From Eledone cirrhosa (lineage: Eukaryota), in NCBI GenBank assembly GCA_964016885.1, contig CAXHJY010000096.1:744001-808000 (forward strand): a stretch of 64,000 nucleotides of DNA, in the 5' to 3' direction. Made by a program: the position numbers and the translations under genes. Under the pieces are notes generated by a model, which worked only from the letters and a program-made list of their open reading frames with translations, did not search any database and was not told the DNA's origin. Each line of letters starts with the position of its first letter. Positions within the stretch are counted from its first letter, which is position 1. This document shows positions 52,901 through 64,000 of this stretch, piece by piece.

Positions 52901-55900
52901 GGAGATAATTTCCATCCTTCCAAGGGGATATAATTTCCAGCCGTCCAAGGGGAGATAATTTCCATCCTTCCAAGGGGATATAATTTCCAGCCGTCCAAGG
53001 GGAGATAATTTTCAGCCGTCCAAGGAGAGGTAATTTCTAGCCGTCCAAGGAGAGATAATTTCCAGCCGTCCAAGGGGAGATAATTTCCAGCCGTCCAAGG
53101 GGAGATAATTTCCAGCCGTCCAAGGAGACATATTTTCCAGCCGTCCAAGGAGAGGTAATTCCTAGCCGTCCAAGGGGAGATAAATTCCAGCCTCCAAGGG
53201 GAGATAATTTCCAGCCAGCCAAGGGGAGATAATTTGTAAAAAAAATCAGGGGGAGATAATTTGTAAAAAAATCAGGGGGAGATAATTTGTAAAAAAAATC
53301 AGGGGGAGATAATTTGTAAAAAAAATCAGGGGGAGATAATTTGTAAAAAAAAATCAGGGGTAGATAATTTGTAAAAAAAATTCAGGGGGAGATAATTTGT
53401 AAAAAAATCAAGGGGAGATAATTTCCAGCCGTCCAAGGGAAGATAATTTCCAGCCCTCCAAGGGGCTATAATTTCCAGCGTCCAAGGGGAGATAATTTCC
53501 AGCCAGCGAAGGGGAGATAATTTTTTTAAAAAAATCATTGGGAGATTTGTAAAAAAAATCAGGGGGAGATAATTTGTAAAAAAAATCAAGGGGAGATAAT
53601 TTCCAGCCGTCCAAGGGGAGGTAATATCTAGCCGTCCAAGGGTAGATAATTTCCAGCCGTCCAACGGGAGATAATTTCCAGCCGTCCAAGGGTAGATAAT
53701 ATCCAGCCGCCCAAGGACATATTTTCCAGCCGTCCAAGGAGAGGTAATTTCTAGCCGTCCAAGGGGAGATAATTTCCAGCCGTCCAAGGGTAGATAATAT
53801 CCAGCCGTCCAAGGACATATTTTCCAGCCGTCCAAGGAGAGGTAATTTCTAGCCGTCCAAGGGGAGATAAATTCCAGCCTCCAAGGGGAGATAATTTCCA
53901 GCCAGCCAAGGGGAGATAATTTGTAAAAAAATCAGGGGGAGATAATTTGTAAAAAAAATCAGGGGGAGATAATTTGTAAAAAAAAATCAGGGGGAGATAA
54001 TTTGTAAAAAAAAATCAGGGGGAGATAATTTGCAAAAAAAATCAGGGGGAGATAATTTGTAAAAAAAAATCAGGGGTAGATAATTTGTAAAAAAAAATCA
54101 GGGGGAGATAATTTGTAAAAAAAAATCAGGGGGAGATAATTTGTAAAAAAAATCAAGGGGAGATAATTTCCAGCCGTCCAAGGAGAGATAATTTTAAAAA
54201 AAATCAGGCGGAGATAATTTGTAAAAAAAAATCAGGGGGAGATAATTTGTAAAAAAAAATCAGGGGGAGATAATTTGTAAAAAAAAATCAGGGGGAGATA
54301 ATTTGTAAAAAAAATCAGGAGGAGATAATTTGTAAAAAAAATCAAGGGGAGATAATTTCCAGCCGTCCAAGGAGAGATAATTTAAAAAAAAATCAGGCGG
54401 AGATAATTTGTAAAAAAAAATCAGGGGGAGATAATTTGTAAAAAAAAATCAGGGGGAGATAATTTGTAAAAAAAATCAAGGGGAGATAATTTCCAGCCGT
54501 CCAAGGGGAGATAATTTTCAGCCGTCCAAGGAGAGGTAATTTCTAACCGTCCGAGGAGAGATAATTTCCAGCCGTCCAAGGGGAGATAATTTCCAGCCGT
54601 CCAAGGGGAGATAATTTCCAGCCGTCCAAGGAGACATATTTTCCAGCCGTCCAAGGAGAGGTAATTTCTAGCCGTCCAAGGGGAGATAAATTCCAGCCTC
54701 CAAGGGGAGATAATTTCCAGCCAGCCAAGGGGAGATAATTTGTAAAAAAATCAGGGGGAGATAATTTGCAAAAAAAATCAGGGGGAGATAATTTGTAAAA
54801 AAAATCAGGGGGAGATAATTTGTAAAAAATAATCAGGGGGAGATAATTTCCAGCCGTCCAAGGGAAGATAATTTCCAGCCCTCCAAGGGGCTATAATTTC
54901 CAGTGTCCAAGGGGAGATAATTTCCAGCCAGCGAAGGGGAGATAATTTTTTTAAAAAAATCATTGGGAGATTTGTAAAAAAAATCAGGGGGAGATAATTT
55001 GTAAAAAAAATCAAGGGGAGATAATTTCCAGCCGTCCAAGGGGAGGTAATATCTAGCCGTCCAAGGGGAGATAATTTCCAGCCGTCCAAGGGGAGATAAT
55101 TTCCAGCCGTCCAAGGGTAGATAATATCCAGCCGCCCAAGGACATATTTTCCAGCCGTCCAAGGAGAGGTAATTTCTAGCCGTCCAAGGGGAGATAAATT
55201 CCAGCCTCCAAGGGGAGATAATTTCCAGCCAGCCAAGGGGAGATAATTTGTAAAAAAATCAGGGGGAGATAATTTGTAAAAAAAATCAGGGGGAGATAAT
55301 TTGTAAAAAAAAATCAGGGGGAGATAATTTGTAAAAAAAAATCAGGGGGAGATAATTTGCAAAAAAAATCAGGGGGAGATAATTTGTAAAAAAAAATCAG
55401 GGGTAGATAATTTGTAAAAAAAAATCAGGGGGAGATAATTTGTAAAAAAAAATCAGGGGGAGATAATTTGTAAAAAAAATCAAGGGGAGATAATTTGTAA
55501 AAAAAATCAAGGGGAGATAATTTCCAGCCGTCCAAGGGGAGGTAATATCTAGCCGTCCAAGGGGAGATAATTTCCAGCCGTCCAAGGGGAGATAATTTCC
55601 AGCCGTCCAAGGGTAGATAATATCCAGCCGCCCAAGGACATATTTTCCAGCCGTCCAAGGAGAGGTAATTTCTAGCCGTCCAAGGGGAGATAAATTCCAG
55701 CCTCCAAGGGGAGATAATTTCCAGCCAGCCAAGGGGAGATAATTTGTAAAAAAATCAGGGGGAGATAATTTGTAAAAAAAATCAGGGGGAGATAATTTGT
55801 AAAAAAAAATCAGGGGGAGATAATTTGTAAAAAAAAATCAGGGGGAGATAATTTGCAAAAAAAATCAGGGGGAGATAATTTGTAAAAAAAAATCAGGGGT

Positions 55901-57440
55901 AGATAATTTGTAAAAAAAAATCAGGGGGAGATAATTTGTAAAAAAAAATCAGGGGGAGATAATTTGTAAAAAAAATCAAGGGGAGATAATTTGTAAAAAA
56001 AATCAAGGGGAGATAATTTCCAGCCGTCCAAGGGGAGGTAATATCTAGCCGTCCAAGGGGAGATAATTTCCAGCCGTCCAACGGGAGATAATTTCCAGCC
56101 GTCCAAGGGTAGATAATATCCAGCCGCCCAAGGACATATTTTCCAGCCGTCCAAGGAGAGGTAATTTCTAGCCGTCCAAGGGGAGATAATTTCCAGCCGT
56201 CCAAGGGTAGATAATATCCAGCCGTCCAAGGACATATTTTCCAGCCGTCCAAGGAGAGGTAATTTCTAGCCGTCCAAGGGGAGATAAATTCCAGCCTCCA
56301 AGGGGAGATAATTTCCAGCCAGCCAAGGGGAGATAATTTGTAAAAAAATCAGGGGGAGATAATTTGTAAAAAAAATCAGGGGGAGATAATTTGTAAAAAA
56401 AAATCAGGGGGAGATAATTTGTAAAAAAAAATCAGGGGGAGATAATTTGCAAAAAAAATCAGGGGGAGATAATTTGTAAAAAAAAATCAGGGGTAGATAA
56501 TTTGTAAAAAAAAATCAGGGGGAGATAATTTGTAAAAAAAAATCAGGGGGAGATAATTTGTAAAAAAAATCAAGGGGAGATAATTTGTAAAAAAAATCAA
56601 GGGGAGATAATTTCCAGCCGTCCAAGGGGAGGTAATATCTAGCCGTCCAAGGGGAGATAATTTCCAGCCGTCCAACGGGAGATAATTTCCAGCCGTCCAA
56701 GGGTAGATAATATCCAGCCGCCCAAGGACATATTTTCCAGCCGTCCAAGGAGAGGTAATTTCTAGCCGTCCAAGGGGAGATAATTTCCAGCCGTCCAAGG
56801 GTAGATAATATCCAGCCGTCCAAGGACATATTTTCCAGCCGTCCAAGGAGAGGTAATTTCTAGCCGTCCAAGGGGAGATAAATTCCAGCCTCCAAGGGGA
56901 GATAATTTCCAGCCAGCCAAGGGGAGATAATTTGTAAAAAAATCAGGGGGAGATAATTTGTAAAAAAAATCAGGGGGAGATAATTTGTAAAAAAAAATCA
57001 GGGGGAGATAATTTGTAAAAAAAAATCAGGGGGAGATAATTTGCAAAAAAAATCAGGGGGAGATAATTTGTAAAAAAAAATCAGGGGTAGATAATTTGTA
57101 AAAAAAAATCAGGGGGAGATAATTTGTAAAAAAAAATCAGGGGGAGATAATTTGTAAAAAAAATCAAGGGGAGATAATTTCCAGCCGTCCAAGGAGATTA
57201 TAATTTTAAAAAAAATCAGGCGGAGATAATTTGTAAAAAAAAATCAGGGGGAGATAATTTGTAAAAAAAAATCAGGGGGAGATAATTTGTAAAAAAAAAT
57301 CAGGGGGAGATAATTTGTAAAAAAAATCAGGAGGAGATAATTTGTAAAAAAAATCAAGGGGAGATAATTTCCAGCCGTCCAAGGAGAGATAATTTAAAAA
57401 AAAATCAGGCGGAGATAATTTGTAAAAAAAAATCAGGGGG
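46250..57440 (+). repeat. ~11-kb copy of ~31660-42260 at offset 14,586 bp
   Basis: Offsets 31811->46397, 33460->48046, 34607->49193, 36036->50622, 39835->54421 and 41307->55893 are all 14586. The offset is locally 14558 at 38178->52736, and becomes +594 larger after ~56.4 kb. Confidence 0.88.
55750..56940 (+). repeat. 594-bp tandem duplication, preceded by related 496-bp-spaced units
   Basis: Offsets are 55893->56487 = 594 and 55397->55893 = 496. The 98-bp difference equals the four-monomer GGACATAT sub-duplication. Confidence 0.85.
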
Positions 57441-58550
57441 AGATAATTTGTAAAAAAAAATCAGGTGGAGATAATTTGTAAAAAAAATCAAGGGGAGATA
57501 ATTTCCAGCCGTCCAAGGGGAGATAATTTTCAGCCGTCCAAGGAGAGGTAATTTCTAACCGTCCGAGGAGAGATAATTTCCAGCCGTCCAAGGGGAGATA
57601 ATTTCCAGCCGTCCAAGGGGAGATAATTTCCAGCCGTCCAAGGAGACATATTTTCCAGCCGTCCAAGGAGAGGTAATTTCTAGCCGTCCAAGGGGAGATA
57701 AATTCCAGCCTCCAAGGGGAGATAATTTCCAGCCAGCCAAGGGGAGATAATTTGTAAAAAAATCAGGGGGAGATAATTTGCAAAAAAAATCAGGGGGAGA
57801 TAATTTGTAAAAAAAATCAGGGGGAGATAATTTGTAAAAAATAATCAGGGGGAGATAATTTCCAGCCGTCCAAGGGAAGATAATTTCCAGCCCTCCAAGG
57901 GGCTATAATTTCCAGTGTCCAAGGGGAGATAATTTCCAGCCAGCGAAGGGGAGATAATTTTTTTAAAAAAATCATTGGGAGATTTGTAAAAAAAATCAGG
58001 GGGAGATAATTTGTAAAAAAAATCAAGGGGAGATAATTTCCAGCCGTCCAAGGGGAGGTAATATCTAGCCGTCCAAGGGGAGATAATTTCCAGCCGTCCA
58101 AGGGGAGATAATTTCCAGCCGTCCAAGGGTAGATAATATCCAGCCGCCCAAGGACATATTTTCCAGCCGTCCAAGGAGAGGTAATTTCTAGCCGTCCAAG
58201 GGGAGATAAATTCCAGCCTCCAAGGGGAGATAATTTCCAGCCAGCCAAGGGGAGATAATTTGTAAAAAAATCAGGGGGAGGTAATTTGTAAAAAAAATCA
58301 GGGGGAGATAATTTGTAAAAAAAAATCAGGGGGAGATAATTTGTAAAAAAAAATCAGGGGGAGATAATTTGCAAAAAAAATCAGGGGGAGATAATTTGTA
58401 AAAAAAAATCAGGGGTAGATAATTTGTAAAAAAAAATCAGGGGGAGATAATTTGTAAAAAAAAATCAGGGGGAGATAATTTGTAAAAAAAATCAAGGGGA
58501 GATAATTTCCAGCCGTCCAAGGAGAGATAATTTTAAAAAAAATCAGGCGG
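57200..58550 (+). repeat. Copy of ~54190-55500 at offset 3012 bp
   Basis: Offsets 54421->57433, 54805->57817 and 54833->57845. Confidence 0.78.
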
Positions 58551-61500
58551 AGATAATTTGTAAAAAAAAATCAGGGGGAGATAATTTGTAAAAAAAATCA
58601 GGGGGAGATAATTTGTAAAAAAAAATCAGGGGTAGATAATTTGTAAAAAAAAAATCAGGGGGAGATAATTTGTAAAAAAAAATCAGGGGGAGATAATTTG
58701 TAAAAAAAATCAAGGGGAGATAATTTCCAGCCGTCCAAGGAGAGATAATTTAAAAAAAAATCAGGCGGAGATAATTTGTAAAAAAAAATTAGGGGGAGAT
58801 AATTTGTAAAAAAAAATCAGGGGGAGATAATTTGTAAAAAAAATCAAGGGGAGATAATTTCCAGCCGTCCAAGGGGAGATAATTTTCAGCCGTCCAAGGG
58901 GAGATAATTTCCCGCCAGCCAAGGGAAGATAATATTCAAAAAAATCAGGCGGAGATAATTTGTAAAAAAAATCAGGGGGAGATAATTTGTAAAAAAATCA
59001 GGGGGAGATAATTTGTAAAAAAAAAAATCAGGGGGAGATAATTTGTAAAAAAAATCAGGGGGAGATAATTTGTAAAAAAAAATCAGGGGTAGATAATTTG
59101 TAAAAAAAAATCAGGGGGAGATAATTTGTAAAAAAAAATCAGGGGGAGATAATTTGTAAAAAAAATGAAAGGGGAGATAATATCCAGCCGTCCAAGGGGA
59201 GATAATTTCCAGCCGTCCAAGGGGAGATAATTTCCAGCCGTCCAAGGGGAGAAAATTTCCATCCTTCCAAGGGGATATAATTTCCAGCCGTCCAAGGGGA
59301 GATAATTTCCATCCTTCCAAGGGGATATAATTTCCAGCCGTCCAAGGGGAGATAATTTTCAGCCGTCCAAGGAGAGGTAATTTCTAGCCGTCCAAGGAGA
59401 GATAATTTCCAGCCGTCCAAGGGGAGATAATTTCCAGCCGTCCAAGGGGAGATAATTTCCAGCCGTCCAAGGAGACATATTTTCCAGCCGTCCAAGGAGA
59501 GGTAATTCCTAGCCGTCCAAGGGGAGATAAATTCCAGCCTCCAAGGGGAGATAATTTCCAGCCAGCCAAGGGGAGATAATTTGTAAAAAAAATCAGGGGG
59601 AGATAATTTCTAAAAAAAATCAGGGGGAGATAATTTGTAAAAAAAAATCAGGGGGAGATAATTTGTAAAAAATAATCAGGGGGAGATAATTTGTAAAAAA
59701 AATCAAGGGGAGATAATTTCCAGCCGTCCAAGGGGAGATAATTTTCAGCCGTCCAAGGGGAGATAATTTCCCGCCAGCCAAGGGAAGATAATATTTAAAA
59801 AAATTAGGCGGAGATAATTTGTAAAAAAAATCAGGGGGAGATAATTTGTAAAAAAATCAGGGGGAGATAATTTGTAAAAAAAATCAGGGGGAGATAATTT
59901 GTAAAAAAAATCAGGGGGAGATAATTTGTAAAAAAAAATCAGGGGTAGATAATTTGTAAAAAAAAATCAGGGGGAGATAATTTGTAAAAAAAAATCAGGG
60001 GGAGATAATTTGTAAAAAAAATCAAGGGGAGATAATTTCCAGCCGTCCAAGGAGAGATAATTTTAAAAAAAATAAGGCGGAGATAATTTGTAAAAAAAAA
60101 TCAGGGGGAGATAATTTGTAAAAAAAATCAAGGGGAGATAATTTCCAGCCGTCCAAGGGGAGATAATTTTCAGCCGTCCAAGGGGAGATAATTTCCCGCC
60201 AGCCAAGGGAAGATAATATTCAAAAAAATCAGGCGGAGATAATTTGTAAAAAAAATCAGGGGGAGATAATTTGTAAAAAAATCAGGGGGAGATAATTTGT
60301 AAAAAAAAAAATCAGGGGGAGATAATTTGTAAAAAAAATCAGGGGGAGATAATTTGTAAAAAAAATCAGGGGTAGATAATTTGTAAAAAAAAATCAGGGG
60401 GAGATAATTTGTAAAAAAAAATCAGGGGGAGATAATTTGTAAAAAAAATGAAAGGGGAGATAATATCCAGCCGTCCAAGGGGAGATAATTTCCAGCCGTC
60501 CAAGGGGAGATAATTTCCAGCCGTCCAAGGGGAGATAATTTCCATCCTTCCAAGGGGATATAATTTCCAGCCGTCCAAGGGGAGATAATTTCCATCCTTC
60601 CAAGGGGATATAATTTCCAGCCGTCCAAGGGGAGATAATTTTCAGCCGTCCAAGGAGAGGTAATTTCTAGTCGTCCAAGGAGAGATAATTTCCAGCCGTC
60701 CAAGGGGAGATAATTTCCAGCCGTCCAAGGGGAGATAATTTCCAGCCGTCCAAGGAGACATATTTTCCAGCCGTCCAAGGAGAGGTAATTCCTAGCCGTC
60801 CAAGGGGAGATAAATTCCAGCCTCCAAGGGGAGATAATTTCCAGCCAGCCAAGGGGAGATAATTTGTAAAAAAAATCAGGGGGAGATAATTTGTAAAAAA
60901 AATCAGGGGGAGATAATTTGTAAAAAAAAATCAGGGGGAGATAATTTGTAAAAAATAATCAGGGGGAGATAATTTGTAAAAAAAATCAAGGGGAGATAAT
61001 TTCCAGCCGTCCAAGGGGAGATAATTTTCAGCCGTCCAAGGGGAGATAATTTCCCGCCAGCCAAGGGAAGATAATATTTTAAAAAATTAGGCGGAGATAA
61101 TTTGTAAAAAAAATCAGGGGGAGATAATTTGTAAAAAAATCAGGGGGAGATAATTTGTAAAAAAAATCAGGGGGAGATAATTTGTAAAAAAAATCAGGGG
61201 GAGATAATTTGTAAAAAAAAATCAGGGGTAGATAATTTGTAAAAAAAAATCAGGGCGAGATAATTTGTAAAAAAAATCAAGGGGAGATAATTTCCAGCCG
61301 TCCAAGGGAAGATAATTTCCAGCCCTCCAAGGGGCTATAATTTCCAGCGTCCAAGGGGAGATAATTTCCAGCCAGCGAAGGGGAGATAATTTTTTTAAAA
61401 AAATCATTGGGAGATTTGTAAAAAAAATCAGGGGGAGATAATTTGTAAAAAAAATCAAGGGGAGATAATTTCCAGCCGTCCAAGGGGAGGTAATATCTAG

Positions 61501-64000
61501 CCGTCCAAGGGTAGATAATTTCCAGCCGTCCAACGGGAGATAATTTCCAGCCGTCCAAGGGTAGATAATATCCAGCCGCCCAAGGACACATTTTCCAGCC
61601 GTCCAAGGAGAGGTAATTTCTAGCCGTCCAAGGGGAGATAATTTCCAGCCGTCCAAGGGTAGATAATATCCAGCCGTCCAAGGACATATTTTCCAGCCGT
61701 CCAAGGAGAGGTAATTTCTAGCCGTCCAAGGGGAGATAAATTCCAGCCTCCAAGGGGAGATAATTTCCAGCCAGCCAAGGGGAGATAATTTGTAAAAAAA
61801 TCAGGGGGAGATAATTTGTAAAAAAAATCAGGGGGAGATAATTTGTAAAAAAAAATCAGGGGGAGATAATTTGTAAAAAAAAATCAGGGGGAGATAATTT
61901 GCAAAAAAAATCAGGGGGAGATAATTTGTAAAAAAAAATCAGGGGTAGATAATTTGTAAAAAAAAATCAGGGGGAGATAATTTGTAAAAAAAAATCAGGG
62001 GGAGATAATTTGTAAAAAAAATCAAGGGGAGATAATTTCCAGCCGTCCAAGGAGAGATAATTTTAAAAAAAATCAGGCGGAGATAATTTGTAAAAAAAAA
62101 TCAGGGGGAGATAATTTGTAAAAAAAAATCAGGGGGAGATAATTTGTAAAAAAAAATCAGGGGGAGATAATTTGTAAAAAAAATCAGGAGATAATTTGTA
62201 AAAAAAATCAAGGGGAGATAATTTCCAGCCGTCCAAGGAGAGATAATTTAAAAAAAAATCAGGCGGAGATAATTTGTAAAAAAAAATCAGGGGGAGATAA
62301 TTTGTAAAAAAAAATCAGGGGGAGATAATTTGTAAAAAAAATCAAGGGGAGATAATTTCCAGCCGTCCAAGGGGAGATAATTTTCAGCCGTCCAAGGGGA
62401 GATAATTTCCCGCCAGCCAAGGGAAGATAATATTCAAAAAAATCAGGCGGAGATAATTTGTAAAAAAAATCAGGGGGAGATAATTTGTAAAAAAATCAGG
62501 GGGAGATAATTTGTAAAAAAAAAAATCAGGGGGAGATAATTTTTAAAAAAAATCAGGGGGAGATAATTTGTAAAAAAAAATCAGGGGTAGATAATTTGTA
62601 AAAAAAAATCAGGGGGAGATAATTTGTAAAAAAAAATCAGGGGGAGATAATTTGTAAAAAAAATGAAAGGGGAGATAATATCCAGCCGTCCAAGGGGAGA
62701 TAATTTCCAGCCGTCCAAGGGGAGATAATTTCCAGCCGTCCAAGGGGAGATAATTTCCATCCTTCCAAGGGGATATAATTTCCAGCCGTCCAAGGGGAGA
62801 TAATTTCCATCCTTCCAAGGGGATATAATTTCCAGCCGTCCAAGGGGAGATAATTTTCAGCCGTCCAAGGAGAGGTAATTTCTAGCCGTCCAAGGAGAGA
62901 TAATTTCCAGCCGTCCAAGGGGAGATAATTTCCAGCCGTCCAAGGGGAGATAATTTCCAGCCGTCCAAGGAGACATATTTTCCAGCCGTCCAAGGAGAGG
63001 TAATTCCTAGCCGTCCAAGGGGAGATAAATTCCAGCCTCCAAGGGGAGATAATTTCCAGCCAGCCAAGGGGAGATAATTTGTAAAAAAAATCAGGGGGAG
63101 ATAATTTGTAAAAAAAATCAGGGGGAGATAATTTGTAAAAAAAAATCAGGGGGAGATAATTTGTAAAAAATAATCAGGGGGAGATAATTTGTAAAAAAAA
63201 TCAAGGGGAGATAATTTCCAGCCGTCCAAGGGGAGATAATTTTCAGCCGTCCAAGGGGAGATAATTTCCCGCCAGCCAAGGGAAGATAATATTTTAAAAA
63301 ATTAGGCGGAGATAATTTGTAAAAAAAATCAGGGGGAGATAATTTGTAAAAAAATCAGGGGGAGATAATTTGTAAAAAAAATCAGGGGGAGATAATTTGT
63401 AAAAAAAATCAGGGGGAGATAATTTGTAAAAAAAATTCAGGGGGAGATAATTTGTAAAAAAAATCAAGGGGAGATAATTTCCAGCCGTCCAAGGGAAGAT
63501 AATTTCCAGCCCTCCAAGGGGCTATAATTTCCAGCGTCCAAGGGGAGATAATTTCCAGCCAGCGAAGGGGAGATAATTTTTTTTTAAAAATCATTGGGAG
63601 ATTTGTAAAAAAAATCAGGGGGAGATAATTTGTAAAAAAAATCAAGGGGAGATAATTTCCAGCCCTCCAAGGGGAGGTAATATCTAGCCGTCCAAGGGGA
63701 GATAATTTCCAGCCGTCCAAGGGGAGATAATTTCCAGCCGTCCAAGGGTAGATAATATCCAGCCGTCCAAGGACATATTTTCCAGCCGTCCAAGGAGAGG
63801 TAATTTCTAGCCGTCCAAGGGGAGATAAATTCCAGCCTCCAAGGTGAGATAATTTCCAGCCAGCCAAGGGGAGATAATTTGTAAAAAAATCAGGGGGAGA
63901 TAATTTGTAAAAAAAATCAGGGGGAGATAATTTGTAAAAAAAAATCAGGGGGAGATAATTTGTAAAAAAAATCAGGGGGAGATAATTTGTAAAAAAAAAT

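Larger units (their letters stand above)
1..64000 (+). repeat. Bipartite tandem repeat array of ~27-bp A-type and 25-bp B-type monomers sharing the core GGGGAGATAATTT; runs to both window edges
   Basis: The core GGGGAGATAATTT, or a close variant, recurs every ~23-30 bp from the first line to the last, always on the + strand. It is followed by either GT-A(n)-TCA or CCAGCCGTCCA. Confidence 0.99.

Noticed and set aside
74-63867. Numerous minus-strand ORFs of 60-230 aa (LDGWKLSPLGRLEIISPWTAGNYLP and PPDFFYKLS repeats)
   Set aside because: They are translations of the repeat. The reverse complement of the 25-bp B unit has no stop in any frame, so overlapping ORFs appear in all three frames. Starts are mostly TTG from CAA on the + strand, A-run indels shift frame freely, and there is no recognisable domain.
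1-64000. CRISPR-like layout (constant repeat plus variable spacer)
   Set aside because: The constant part is only 13 bp. The intervening 12-17 bp segments are two recurring sequences and not unique spacers. No leader or cas genes are present.
1-64000. G-quadruplex potential from GGGG/GGGGG runs
   Set aside because: The G-runs are separated by ~21-25 nt, far longer than the loops of stable canonical intramolecular G4s.
1-64000. GGAG/AGGAG Shine-Dalgarno-like motifs and TATAAT -10-like motifs (e.g. ~267, ~2947)
   Set aside because: These are chance content of the monomer and its variants, and there is no downstream plus-strand ORF because TAA occurs in nearly every core.
1-64000. Plasmid or phage iterons / replication origin
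   Set aside because: Iteron arrays have a few to tens of copies next to a rep gene, whereas this is thousands of copies with no coding sequence.
1-64000. Embedded transposon, inversion or unique island
   Set aside because: Reading through the window I found no reverse-orientation core (AAATTATCTCCCC) and no non-repeat stretch.

Overview
All 64 kb is one uninterrupted tandem-repeat (satellite/minisatellite-like) array in a single orientation. I find no credible gene, RNA gene, transposon or unique sequence. It holds roughly 2,400 monomers (64,000 divided by ~26.5 bp) of two types that share a 13-bp core, GGGGAGATAATTT. Type A (26-30 bp, mostly 27-28) is GGGGGAGATAATTTGT-A(7-11)-TCA. Type B (25 bp) is AGGGGAGATAATTTCCAGCCGTCCA. 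A-blocks and B-blocks alternate through a few stereotyped junctions, and a small set of variant-marked cassettes is reused in shuffled order. Nested duplications occur at offsets of about 98, 496/594, 831, 1517, 3012, 3174, ~4000, 11628, 14586, 23622 and 35962 bp, read from diagnostic variants and ORF-track coordinates. All listed ORFs are minus-strand artefacts of the repeat. The organism and chromosomal context cannot be determined from this window; a eukaryotic satellite (centromeric, subtelomeric or heterochromatic) is the most likely reading, by inference only. Duplication boundaries were placed by eye and are approximate.
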